64,000 nt of DNA from an uncultured Nitrososphaerota archaeon. GTDB lineage: Archaea; Thermoproteota; Nitrososphaeria; Nitrososphaerales; Gagatemarchaeaceae. The notes beneath the pieces were generated by a model that was given only the letters and a program-made list of their open reading frames with translations, did no database searches and was not told the origin of the DNA. Shown here piece after piece: positions 30,902 to 39,743 of the stretch. Numbering within the stretch: the first letter of the stretch is position 1; each line of letters opens with the position of its first letter. The position numbers were made by a program, and so were the translations under genes. The stretch covers positions 512,001 through 576,000 of the forward strand of contig CAWISW010000003.1 in assembly GCA_963838925.1 (NCBI GenBank), in the 5' to 3' direction.

Positions 30902-32158
30902 TTGGATCCAGAGCTCACAGCCCGCGGAGAGACTCGGCCAGCGTCTTGGAATGGCGTTTACATGCATGAAAGCAACCGCTCAAGGCTAACTGGCTGGTTC
31001 AGGAATTTCGGGCCTGCCTGGCTCGTCATGATGGCAGACATAGACGTCGCCTCCATCATAACGGCCCTCCAAGCCGGCTCGACCTGGGGGTACAGGATGG
31101 TGTTCATCATGCTGATGCTGGCTGTACCCCTCTTCATCATCCAGGATGCTGCTGGCCGTTTGGGAACGGCTTCGGGCGTCGGCCTGGGCGAAGCCATTCG
31201 CAAGTTCTTCGGCAGGCGGGCGGCTATCATCGCCGCTTTTCCCATGGGCGTGAGCGACTTTCTTGAGTATGTCGCTGAGTACGCGGGCATAGCAATCGGC
31301 CTCTATCTTCTGGGGCTGCCCGTTCTCTCTGGTCTTCTCTTCGTCTACGTTCTCCACACCATGATTGTGGTGGGCAGGCAGTACAGACACGCCGAGGTGG
31401 TGCTCATACCTCTGAGCTTCTTGCTTGTTGCCGCGATAGCAGCCTCAACATTCGTATTCCATATTGACGTGAGCAAGTTTCTCTCTGTCGGTCTCTCCCC
31501 GTTCCAGCCTTATGGCAATCCCTCGTTCGACTATCTGCTTGCGGCGAGCATAGGCGCCGTCGTGATGCCGTGGATGTTGTACTTTCATTCCGGTGCAAAC
31601 TCGCGTAGGAAGAAGCATCCGAAGGACCTGAAGAACGAGCGCATCGAAACCCTGGTGGGCGCCATCGTTTCCGAGGTCCTCATGGCCGTAATCGTTGTCG
31701 ACGGGCTGCACCTTTCCACCGGGGGCGGCCTGATTAGTCAATCGGAGCTGTCGGATGCGCTCCCCCTCTTCGGCCCGTACGCTTCCACAATCATGGGGTT
31801 GGGGTTCATATTCGCTGGCTTTCTCGCGCTAGTCGTGATATCCCTCGGCTCGGCTTGGGGCGTGCTCGAGGCGATAGGCCTGAGGTCAAAGGCTTCCTTC
31901 CTCTCGGTCTACGCGGTCGAGAGCCTGCCGGCCGTGATTCTCGTGGCGGTAGTGACGGGATATATCCAGCTCTTACTGAACCTGATGGTCCTCTTCACCA
32001 TAATCATCATACCGTCGTTGTACTTTCTCGGCAGGTTGGTCTCGGATGCCAAAGTGATGAATGGGAACCATTACAGCAGATACCAGATGGTGGCATTCTG
32101 GGTGGCGTCAGGCTCGATAGTCGTCGGGGGAATCCTAGGGCTGATTACGCTCCTTTAG
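30902..32158 (+). CDS. NRAMP-family divalent metal transporter (NRMT/Mg-type-like)
   Basis: GPAWLVMMADID, IGAVVMPWMLYFH; lacks canonical DPGN; start may be ATG 30962. Confidence 0.82.
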   Translation: MDPELTARGETRPASWNGVYMHESNRSRLTGWFRNFGPAWLVMMADIDVASIITALQAGSTWGYRMVFIMLMLAVPLFIIQDAAGRLGTASGVGLGEAIRKFFGRRAAIIAAFPMGVSDFLEYVAEYAGIAIGLYLLGLPVLSGLLFVYVLHTMIVVGRQYRHAEVVLIPLSFLLVAAIAASTFVFHIDVSKFLSVGLSPFQPYGNPSFDYLLAASIGAVVMPWMLYFHSGANSRRKKHPKDLKNERIETLVGAIVSEVLMAVIVVDGLHLSTGGGLISQSELSDALPLFGPYASTIMGLGFIFAGFLALVVISLGSAWGVLEAIGLRSKASFLSVYAVESLPAVILVAVVTGYIQLLLNLMVLFTIIIIPSLYFLGRLVSDAKVMNGNHYSRYQMVAFWVASGSIVVGGILGLITLL

Positions 32159-32285
32159 ACCTTCCATTTTCCTGGCAGAGAGGGATCAAGGTGCCCTCCT
32201 TGCGTCTCGTGGGCCGGAAGGGACCCATCCGCCCAGCACAAATTCTGCTAGGACTCGAACTCCCACCAACTAAGGGGAATTAGCC

Positions 32286-32357
32286 AAATAAGCTCGAATG
32301 TAGCCCATTTAGGGGCACATAGCTCAAAATAAGCTCTAAAGTTGTGGACCGGGGGGG
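32286..32357. repeat. Phased-repeat arm abutting tRNA-Ala(GGC) 3' end
   Basis: AAATAAGCTCGAATGTAGCCCATTTAGGGGCACATAGCTCAAAATAAGCTCTAAAGTTGTGGACCGGGGGGG. Confidence 0.85.
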
Positions 32358-32456
32358 ACTCGGACCCCCGACCTGTCCCAATCTGGACTCTTGGTTTGCC
32401 AAGGGATTGGACGACGCAACAATCGTCTCTATCCTACCAAACTAGACGACCGGCCC
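32345..32456 (-). tRNA. tRNA-Ala(GGC) with two BHB introns (27/28: 32407-32428; 37/38: 32381-32396)
   Basis: GGGCCGG/CCGGTCC acceptor with G3:U70; spliced arm GTCCC-TT-GGC-AT-GGGAC; both introns fold into BHB motifs; T-loop TCCGAGT is atypical. Confidence 0.85.
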
Positions 32457-32482
32457 ACTATCACGCGACTCCTGAAGTATGG

Positions 32483-32490
32483 AATAAAAG
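32483..32490 (-). promoter_or_regulatory. Putative TATA box for tRNA-Ala(GGC)
   Basis: CTTTTATT about 27 nt upstream of tRNA position 1. Confidence 0.5.
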
Positions 32491-32527
32491 AGTTGTCTGA
32501 GCTAATGCGGTCACTCGGAGAATTCCA

Positions 32528-33211
32528 TCAAAGTAGATGTCGCGACCACCAGACGTAAGGCACGACTGAAATCTGATAGCCTGCTTCAACCAGTTCCCCT
32601 GTGCTTCTTTCGCTTATTGACTGACCGACTTCGTTCTGAAAGTTGATTATCATGCCTGGCTTGACCACTCCTTCATTCGCCAGAAATATCCATGATTCTA
32701 TATCGCCAGCGCCTGGGGTCTTTCCCGTAAAGGCTTCGTGAGCAACCGGTGCTCCCCCGGTCGTCTCGGCTAGGTGATCGAAGTAGACCGTCTTGTGCGG
32801 CGCGTCGAACGCTCGTGCCGAAGTTGACCCTGCCACATAGTTGTTATTCGGGCTACGATTGTTTCCCCATCTCTGAAAGCGTTCTTCGAGGTATCTGATT
32901 GTGGCATTTTCAATCATTAGCCTGTCCGTAGTTCCTCGAGTTGCCTTGTTCCATTTCAAAGACACGTTTGGAAATGGACGATTGGGTTTCATTTCAATCT
33001 GCAATGAGGACTTTAGGTTCTGCCGATTGAGTCCAAATAATCGGCCAAGTTCCTCTTCCATCCAAGCCCTAACCAGAGTGCGCGCAATCTTGCGTATCAT
33101 CAGATTGCCCCGAGCCTCATCATTCAGAGCTCGAACCGGGCTCCCTAGTCCAAAGTATCCCCCTGGCCCGGTGCCTGGAAAAATCACATTGAGGACATGA
33201 ATCAGTTCCAC
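32528..33211 (-). CDS. Hypothetical low-GC protein, possible PD-(D/E)xK nuclease fold
   Basis: YFDHLAE..VAHEAFTGK resembles a D...E-x-x-x-K nuclease motif; AT-richer than flanks. Confidence 0.4.
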   Translation of the reverse strand: MELIHVLNVIFPGTGPGGYFGLGSPVRALNDEARGNLMIRKIARTLVRAWMEEELGRLFGLNRQNLKSSLQIEMKPNRPFPNVSLKWNKATRGTTDRLMIENATIRYLEERFQRWGNNRSPNNNYVAGSTSARAFDAPHKTVYFDHLAETTGGAPVAHEAFTGKTPGAGDIESWIFLANEGVVKPGMIINFQNEVGQSISERSTGELVEAGYQISVVPYVWWSRHLL

Positions 33212-33328
33212 AGGAGTTGAATCGTCATCATCACTCGCGATACCGCGACAGGTTCCGGTTTTCCTTCGCCGAAGCCTAGCCCTTGGGGGTGGACTCGTAG
33301 GAGAATAGGCGCGCCAAGTAGATATGCG

Positions 33329-33352
33329 CCTACCAGACTAGACGACCGGCCC
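33329..33352 (-). repeat. 24-bp copy of a tRNA 5' end (23/24 identical to tRNA-Ala(GGC) 32433-32456)
   Basis: GGGCCGGTCGTCTAGTCTGGTAGG; no T-arm or 3' acceptor strand follows. Confidence 0.8.
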
Positions 33353-33376
33353 GCTGTTGTCGCCTAATTCAGCCGG

Positions 33377-33384
33377 CTTAAAAA
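33377..33384 (-). promoter_or_regulatory. Putative TATA box upstream of the tRNA 5' fragment
   Basis: TTTTTAAG about 25 nt upstream of 33352. Confidence 0.55.
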
Positions 33385-33433
33385 TAGTCCAAGGCCAGAG
33401 AAGCTTCAAGCGACTCAGTAGATTGCCTCGATT

Positions 33434-33973
33434 CTAGCGCTTCTTGACCGGCTTCTTGCCGGACTGCGGCAGTGCCGCCTTAATCAATGCCTTTGCGAAT
33501 CTCGCATCCTCCCACTTGCCTATCTTCACGAACTTGTCTGGCTCAGACTCCTTGTAGTGGCTGAAGAAGTGTTCGATCTGCTTTCGCACGAACTCGGGGA
33601 TTTGCATGATCGTCTCGACGTCGGAGTAGATCGGGTCGATGTGCCGGGTAGGGACTGCGACGAGCTTCGCGTCAGGCCCCTCCTCATCCTCCATGAGCAA
33701 CACCCCTATCGGCCTGGAGCGGATTACCGACATCGGGTAGACCGGTTCTTCCGTAATCACCAGAGCGTCGAGCGGGTCGCCATCTTCTCCCTTGGTCTGC
33801 GGGATGAACCCGTAGTTGAATGGGTAATGCGTGGACGTGTAGAGGAACCGGTCCACGAAGACGAAACCCGTCTTTTCATCAATCTCGTACTTGACGTCGC
33901 TTCCTCTGGGGATCTCTATCACGACGTTGACCTGATTGGGGACGTCGTCTCCCGCTTCTATTCGATGAGGCAT
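33434..33973 (-). CDS. ppa: Inorganic pyrophosphatase (family I)
   Basis: IEIP..KYE, YPFNYGFIP, DGDPLD, HFFSHYK. Confidence 0.95.
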   Translation of the reverse strand: MPHRIEAGDDVPNQVNVVIEIPRGSDVKYEIDEKTGFVFVDRFLYTSTHYPFNYGFIPQTKGEDGDPLDALVITEEPVYPMSVIRSRPIGVLLMEDEEGPDAKLVAVPTRHIDPIYSDVETIMQIPEFVRKQIEHFFSHYKESEPDKFVKIGKWEDARFAKALIKAALPQSGKKPVKKR

Positions 33974-34077
33974 ACCATCTACCGCCCGCTCTTTCGCGGG
34001 CTCCCCTCGGACACTCTTTAAGGCTTAGTGCGGCTTGCGACGCACACGACTCCGCTCCCCGCGAGCCAAGGCTTATT

Positions 34078-34470
34078 TTGGGGAGCGGCGAGCGCGACCC
34101 CGTGTCAGCACCCGCAGCACCCACCGAGGCTCCCGCGCCCCCGAAGATCCCCTTTCAGGCGTTCGCCCAGCTCGACTTCAGGGTCGGAAAGATCTTGACG
34201 GTCGACGACATCCCCACGGCGAGGAAGCCACTCTACAAGCTCACCATCGACTTCGGCGCCCTCGGCATCAAGCAGTGCGCCGGAGGCATCAAGGCATACT
34301 ACACGAAGGAGCAGTTGGTGGGCAAGCAGGTCGTCGCGGTCCTCAACCTCGAGCCGAAGCCCATAGCAGGGGTGCTGTCGGAGTGCATGATGCTCGCCTC
34401 ATTCACCGAGAACGACCTCTCGCTCCTCCGCCCGGACAAGGAGATGCCTCCCGGCACCAAGGTAGCGTAA
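34078..34470 (+). CDS. tRNA-binding OB-fold protein (CsaA/Trbp111-like)
   Basis: LDFRVGKI, LYKLTIDFG, NLEPKPIAGVLSECMML. Confidence 0.85.
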   Translation: MGSGERDPVSAPAAPTEAPAPPKIPFQAFAQLDFRVGKILTVDDIPTARKPLYKLTIDFGALGIKQCAGGIKAYYTKEQLVGKQVVAVLNLEPKPIAGVLSECMMLASFTENDLSLLRPDKEMPPGTKVA

Positions 34471-34516
34471 TCCCGTCGTCACCCTTTTATCCGGTCAATT
34501 TCTCGACGGGAACTGC

Positions 34517-34609
34517 GCGGTCGTCGTCTAGCCTGGTAGGACACCAAGCCTGAAGAAGGCGTGCAAGCTTGCCAAGCTGGTAGCCAGGGTTCAATTCCCT
34601 GCGACCGCA
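34517..34609 (+). tRNA. tRNA-Gly(GCC) with intron at 29/30 (34547-34566)
   Basis: GCGGTCG/CGACCGC acceptor; spliced arm CCAGC-TT-GCC-AA-GCTGG; TTCAATT T-loop; relaxed BHB. Confidence 0.9.
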
Positions 34610-34614
34610 CTTAT

Positions 34615-35598
34615 TCAACCCATCTTCGCTTCCAGATAGCCTTGCGCATTATTCCATCTGGACGATGTGTTAAATCCGACACACAGGCTTTGCATCTTGC
34701 GTGCAACCTCCCTCATCTCGGGCCCGCGCGCGAGTCTGGCTTGACATTGCTGAATCTTGGTTGGATAGACCCTTACGGAGTTGATGCCTCGGCTGGAACC
34801 TTCCAGCACAAATACGCAGGACTGGTCGTTGCGTTCGACAGAGTCAACAGCATAATCATCGATAAAGTCGCCCACGCAGTAAAGAATCGGTCTATGTCTA
34901 TAGATCTCGATTCCTCGGATTACATGACCCGAATGCCCGAACACGACGTCAGCGCCCGCGTCGACCATGGCGTGCGCGAAGGGGACGTGCTCTGGCGGAG
35001 GCTCGTATCCCCAGTTTGGTCCCCAATGAGCCGACACAATGAGTAGGTCGACCATATTCTTGGTCTGCTTGATGAGTTCGAGGAGGTGGACTGCGCGCGG
35101 GTCTCTCGGCTCGATTGGCACGTAGAAGACTCCTGGCTTCTCTGAAGTAGACCCCCAAGCCGGTTCATTGTCCGTGAACGCTATGAAACCGACCTTGTCT
35201 TCTCCGGTCTTCATGATGGCGGGTCGCTCGGCTTCCGAGAGAGTGCGTCCAGCCCCTGCGTGATAGATCGAGGCGCCATCAAGAAGGTCGAGCGTGTCGA
35301 TGAGTGCGTCATAGCCGTAGTCAAGGGCATGGTTGTTTGCCAGGGACACGGCATTCACGTTGGCGGCGCGCAAGACCTCGATGTTCTTGGCGTCCGAACG
35401 GAAGTGAAACGGCTTTGGCGTCTCCGCCCATGCCTCCCCCCTGTCCGAGATCGCGCACTCCAGGTTGCACATGCGGACGTCGGCGCCGCGAAGAAGAGGT
35501 AGAGTGTCGCCCCATGGATAGTCTGGCGCTCTTTCCTTCAGGACTTCGTTGACAAGGCGCCCAAGCATCACGTCGCCGACCATCGCGAGACGCGTCAT
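34615..35598 (-). CDS. CapA family metallophosphoesterase-fold protein
   Basis: GDVMLGR, NLEC, SLANNHALDYG, HWG, GHSGHV. Confidence 0.88.
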   Translation of the reverse strand: MTRLAMVGDVMLGRLVNEVLKERAPDYPWGDTLPLLRGADVRMCNLECAISDRGEAWAETPKPFHFRSDAKNIEVLRAANVNAVSLANNHALDYGYDALIDTLDLLDGASIYHAGAGRTLSEAERPAIMKTGEDKVGFIAFTDNEPAWGSTSEKPGVFYVPIEPRDPRAVHLLELIKQTKNMVDLLIVSAHWGPNWGYEPPPEHVPFAHAMVDAGADVVFGHSGHVIRGIEIYRHRPILYCVGDFIDDYAVDSVERNDQSCVFVLEGSSRGINSVRVYPTKIQQCQARLARGPEMREVARKMQSLCVGFNTSSRWNNAQGYLEAKMG

Positions 35599-36248
35599 CG
35601 GGCGTTACCCGATTCCCTGCCAAGCCGGACATCGAGTTTCTTGCCGTGCCTGATGAAGTCCTTCCCTAGCCTTAACAGAGCGGTCTCCAGCCACCTTGTG
35701 TCCACGCCGCTCTCTCTTGCGAGTCTCTTGATGTCCTTGATGCCCAGCTCCTTCATCGCCAGCCTGACCAGAGGCGATGGCTCGGGGTCTGCCTTGGGCC
35801 AGACGCCTCTCATGTCTCTCAGGAAGATGGAGACCGTAGTGGCACCTATCCCTTTGCCCAGCTCTCTCAGCCTCTTCTCGAGGTCGTCGCTGTCCGACGC
35901 AGCATCGTGAAGGCGGTTCAGGTCGCCGCCGTAGTTCTTCTGGAGGTTCCCGAACACCTGAAGGAGCTTGCTGGCGGTGCTGAAATCGTACCGCGTGTAC
36001 CCTCCCTCGTCGAGCAGCGAGACGAGCCCCTCCCAGCCGGTCTCAACGATCTTGGCGGGCGAGAGGACTTCGTTCTCTTCAAACACCTGGTAGGTGATCG
36101 TCGCAGTGGACTCCCTGATCGGCTTGCTATAGAGCACCGCGGCAAGGAACCACTTCGACACCTCGCCGCTCTTCTGCGATCCCAGGTCGATTCCCAACAG
36201 CTCGGAGAACGGCCGCCCATACCGTTGGACGAACTCGCGAAGTCTCAT
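35595..36248 (-). CDS. HhH-GPD superfamily (DNA glycosylase-like) protein
   Basis: KWFLAAVLY, LLDEGGYTRYD, KGIGATTVSIFLRD. Confidence 0.7.
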   Translation of the reverse strand: MRLREFVQRYGRPFSELLGIDLGSQKSGEVSKWFLAAVLYSKPIRESTATITYQVFEENEVLSPAKIVETGWEGLVSLLDEGGYTRYDFSTASKLLQVFGNLQKNYGGDLNRLHDAASDSDDLEKRLRELGKGIGATTVSIFLRDMRGVWPKADPEPSPLVRLAMKELGIKDIKRLARESGVDTRWLETALLRLGKDFIRHGKKLDVRLGRESGNAR

Positions 36249-38071
36249 CTTCGCCCGCGTCTGTGGTGGTGCTTCCGTGGCGAGTTCATGGCGACGATGT
36301 CGAAGAGTATCCGCCTGTAGTTGATGGTCAGCGTCCTCGCGAAGAACGGGCCCTCGATGACCATGTCGTGCAGGTTGTGCTCCCTCTTCTCGTGCTCCTC
36401 GAACTTGGCGAACGACAGGCAGTCTTCGAGGTACGGCCTGAGCCTGAAGGCGTCAGGGTTGGCCACCACCTCCGCCGGAACGGGGTCCTTCCCGGAGGAG
36501 ACGAGCAGGTCGTTCAACGCCTCCCTTGCGGAGTTGTAGTTCTTCCAAGCCTCCTCGACGAACCCGAGGTAGACTCCGTGTCCGATCAGCCTCGAGCGGA
36601 ACGTCCCCTCCTTGTCCTCCGAGTACCTCTTCAGGAGGAGGGCCTTGATGTTCAGCTCGCTCGTCTTGTCCATGCCGTACAGGAGCTGGCGGGCGATGCC
36701 CTCCATGTCGGTCTTCCAAGCGTGGTTGAGCGAGTCTCCGAACGCGCCGCTCGCGAGGAGGAACCTGGCCATGTCGTAGTCGCCCCCGATCAGGGCGCTC
36801 GAGATCATGTGCGCAAAGTCGGGGTCGTAGGGGACCTCGCTCATCAGCAGGCCCTTCTCCGTGATTCCGTGGGACCTGCGGTCTATCGCCCCTATCTGGA
36901 TCAGCCAGTCCTCGGCGAAGGAGACCTCGCGGTGGTTGACCTTGGACATGAACTCCAGGTCCGAGAGCTTGAGGCCGTACTTGGACATGAGCAGCACGAG
37001 GTCGAAGGGCGTCTCGGTCTCGAGGGCCTTCCGCACGGGAACCGGGACAATCTTCTTTGGGATGGGCGTGTCGCTGATGATGACCGCCCTCCCCGGCTTG
37101 AAGCGTCCGATCCTCCCGATCATCTGCAGGAGTGAGTTGTTGTCTATCTTCTTGTAGTGGAGGGTCTTCTGACCCTCCTTCTCCTTCCCGTCGATGACCT
37201 CGTTGAATATCAGCACGTTGTCGACGTAGATGTTCACTGAGGAGGCTATCACGTTGGTGGCGAATATCCTGAGGTTCTTGTCGATCTCCGCCCTCGCCTG
37301 GATCTTGTTGATCTCGGAGCCTTCGAGCCCTCCGTGGATGTAGGTGCCGCCGTAGCTCGAGGCGTACTTCTCGACCAGCCTGCGCGTCGGCAGGAAGACC
37401 AGCCACGACTCGTCGTGAGGCTGGGTGTAGAGGTAGAGCGATAGCCTCTTGAACATGTCGTCGACGTCCCTCGCGAGCTCCACCTCGATCGCCACTGGGT
37501 AACGCCGGCCGCTGAGCGAGTACAGCTTTGAGATCCCGAGGAACGCGAGGAACTCCTTAGGGTCGATGGTGGCGCTCATCACCCGGAACAGGTTCCCCGC
37601 CTTCGCCTCTTCCTTCTTGGCGAGAGAGAGACACAGCTCAAGCTGCGAGGACATCTGGTGGCTCTCGTCGAAGTAGATTGAGCAGTTGAAGACCGAGTTC
37701 TCCGCGAGCATCCTCAGCAGGACGCCGTCCGTGACGATCTTGATCCTGCCGCCGATGTTGATCTTGGTGTCCTTGGTGATGACCGCAAGCTCGTGCTTTA
37801 CCTCCGGGTGGAGCGCCTCGAGCGAGTAGAACAGCGCGCTGCACGCCGCCCTCGAAGGCTCGCGGATGATGATCTGCCGGTTCCTTCCGGACAGCTCAAA
37901 CTCATGGATCGGCGTCACCGTGCTCTTCCCGGTCCCGACGTCTCCGATGATCACAAAGTGGTCGGAGAAGTCTATCGTCCCCAGGATCGAAAAGATTGGC
38001 AGGCGCGGCTTTCCCTCCTTCCTAGTCGCTTCCGCTTCCGTGGGGCTCAACAGGCGTCGACCAGCCGTCAT
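36245..38071 (-). CDS. DExH-box SF2 helicase, HrpA/HrpB-like
   Basis: GDVGTGKST, EPSR, TDGVLLR, DESH, MSAT, LVFLP, ATNVIASS, QMIGRIGR; HA2-like TEKGLLMSEVP. Confidence 0.85.
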   Translation of the reverse strand: MTAGRRLLSPTEAEATRKEGKPRLPIFSILGTIDFSDHFVIIGDVGTGKSTVTPIHEFELSGRNRQIIIREPSRAACSALFYSLEALHPEVKHELAVITKDTKINIGGRIKIVTDGVLLRMLAENSVFNCSIYFDESHQMSSQLELCLSLAKKEEAKAGNLFRVMSATIDPKEFLAFLGISKLYSLSGRRYPVAIEVELARDVDDMFKRLSLYLYTQPHDESWLVFLPTRRLVEKYASSYGGTYIHGGLEGSEINKIQARAEIDKNLRIFATNVIASSVNIYVDNVLIFNEVIDGKEKEGQKTLHYKKIDNNSLLQMIGRIGRFKPGRAVIISDTPIPKKIVPVPVRKALETETPFDLVLLMSKYGLKLSDLEFMSKVNHREVSFAEDWLIQIGAIDRRSHGITEKGLLMSEVPYDPDFAHMISSALIGGDYDMARFLLASGAFGDSLNHAWKTDMEGIARQLLYGMDKTSELNIKALLLKRYSEDKEGTFRSRLIGHGVYLGFVEEAWKNYNSAREALNDLLVSSGKDPVPAEVVANPDAFRLRPYLEDCLSFAKFEEHEKREHNLHDMVIEGPFFARTLTINYRRILFDIVAMNSPRKHHHRRGRR

Positions 38072-38118
38072 ACGGTTAAAGTATGCGCGTCTCGCGCCGT
38101 GGATGGGCGATTAGATCG

Positions 38119-38532
38119 TTGGCCAAAGACAAGCTCGCAAACTGGAAGAAGGCGGCAAAGAAGCCTCAGCTGCTGAAGTGGGCTGAGGTGAAGGAGGAGA
38201 AGATGAACGACAAGATAACTAGGAAGCTCGCCGTCGGACAGAACGAGATGATAGGCCGCCTCCGGCTCGCGAAGGGCGCGATCGTCCCTCCGCACAAGCA
38301 CCTGGCCGAGCAGATCACCATGGTGATGAGCGGAGCCATCAAGTTCAGCATAGGCGGCAAAGGCATCACCGTCCGAGCGGGAGAGGTGCTCGTGATCCCA
38401 CCGAACGTCGTCCACTCCGCGGTCGCCCTTGAGGACTCGGACGACATCGACAGCTTCAGCCCCCTCCGCGAGGACTGGCTCACGGGCGACGACGCCTACC
38501 TCAAGACCGGCAAATCCGCGCTCAAGAAGTAG
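38119..38532 (+). CDS. Cupin domain protein
   Basis: HKHLAEQ..G, IPPNVVH, DSFSPLREDW; TTG start inferred. Confidence 0.85.
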   Translation: MAKDKLANWKKAAKKPQLLKWAEVKEEKMNDKITRKLAVGQNEMIGRLRLAKGAIVPPHKHLAEQITMVMSGAIKFSIGGKGITVRAGEVLVIPPNVVHSAVALEDSDDIDSFSPLREDWLTGDDAYLKTGKSALKK

Positions 38533-38671
38533 GCGCGGCCCCCACGGACTACACAGCGGAGGCCTTGTTCCCTGCCGGATTCGCAAGTTTGCCGCCGGTA
38601 GGTTCTGATTTTCATAAGACTTAAGTGCCGCGAAGCCCCTTTTTTCGTCGGGCTGTTGGTCTAAAATTTCA

Positions 38672-39574
38672 ATGCTCAACGAGCCTCTTTCGGAACTCTT
38701 TCCTGACCTCTTCAGCGTCCCGCGTCCAATAACCACGCCTGACGTCCCCGTGATAGTCGCAGCATCGGTGTTGACGACGTACGACGCCCCGATGCTACCA
38801 ATCGTAAAGATCGGGGACTCTCCCACCCTCGAGAAGGAGGGCGTCAAGCTCTTTCAGGCCATCGGAAGCTTCCCAATCATCAGCCTGTTGATGGAGACCG
38901 CGCCGACCGACTACTACAGGGTGATTTGGAACTCCTGCACGACCACGAGCATATGGATAGGGTCCCTGCACTATCGAGACTCACTGGACGCCCTCCTGAG
39001 GATATTCCAGCTCACGGGCTTCGGCGATGCAAAGGTCGATGGCTCAGCGGCGCCGCCCGCGCTGATAACCCTGAACTCGGTCGTCTCACTCTTCCAAGAG
39101 CGGAAGCTCAACTGCAAGATCCCGGTCAGCGAGGTCGCGTCGAAGGCTGTGATGGTAGATCCGGACATCACCTTGACCGAGGCGATGAACCTGATGTGCG
39201 AGAGAAGGATCAGGAGGGTATTCCTGCGGGGAAGGCATGGAGAGTTCGTCTCCGACAGGAACGTCCTCGCATACCTCTTCTCACCAAAGGCGTTGAGGGT
39301 CGCTAGGGACACCCCCGAATTCTGGCTCGACCTGAACCTACGAGCGATCCAGTCCATGAAGGCGCACACCATCTCCCCGGACGCGCTGGTCGAGGACGTA
39401 GGACGCCTCGTCGAGCCCGGCCGTGACGTCTTCATGCTGACGGACGGACTGTCAATGATCTCCAGGTGGGACCTCGTGATGAAGCCCTGGAAGTTGGGGC
39501 ATCTCAGCATCTCGCCTCCAATGAGGAAGCCCCAATCGGCCTCAAGATACGAGGCAATCCCCAGCCGCGAGTAG
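38672..39574 (+). CDS. Divergent CBS-domain protein
   Basis: AMNLMCERRIRRVF..FVSDRNVL CBS-like repeat. Confidence 0.6.
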   Translation: MLNEPLSELFPDLFSVPRPITTPDVPVIVAASVLTTYDAPMLPIVKIGDSPTLEKEGVKLFQAIGSFPIISLLMETAPTDYYRVIWNSCTTTSIWIGSLHYRDSLDALLRIFQLTGFGDAKVDGSAAPPALITLNSVVSLFQERKLNCKIPVSEVASKAVMVDPDITLTEAMNLMCERRIRRVFLRGRHGEFVSDRNVLAYLFSPKALRVARDTPEFWLDLNLRAIQSMKAHTISPDALVEDVGRLVEPGRDVFMLTDGLSMISRWDLVMKPWKLGHLSISPPMRKPQSASRYEAIPSRE

Positions 39575-39743
39575 CCGCCCGCTCTCGGTTGTGGGAAGCG
39601 TCTGTCAAAGTTTTAAGGGGTCGAGCACTCCGCCAGGCGCATGCGCCGCGTTCTCCCCCCCGGCGAGGGCCACCTTCCCGATTACTCGTCGAATGCCGCC
39701 ATGTCGGGTTCTAGCGCGCGGCAGTAGAGGCCGGAGTCGAGGA

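Noticed and set aside
30780-30960. Metal-sensing riboswitch (M-box or yybP-ykoY) upstream of the NRAMP gene
   Set aside because: Could not match consensus elements by eye; an Rfam cmscan would be needed
33240-33352. Complete intron-containing tRNA or amber (CUA) suppressor
   Set aside because: No splicing register gave a paired anticodon stem, a T-arm or a 3' acceptor strand
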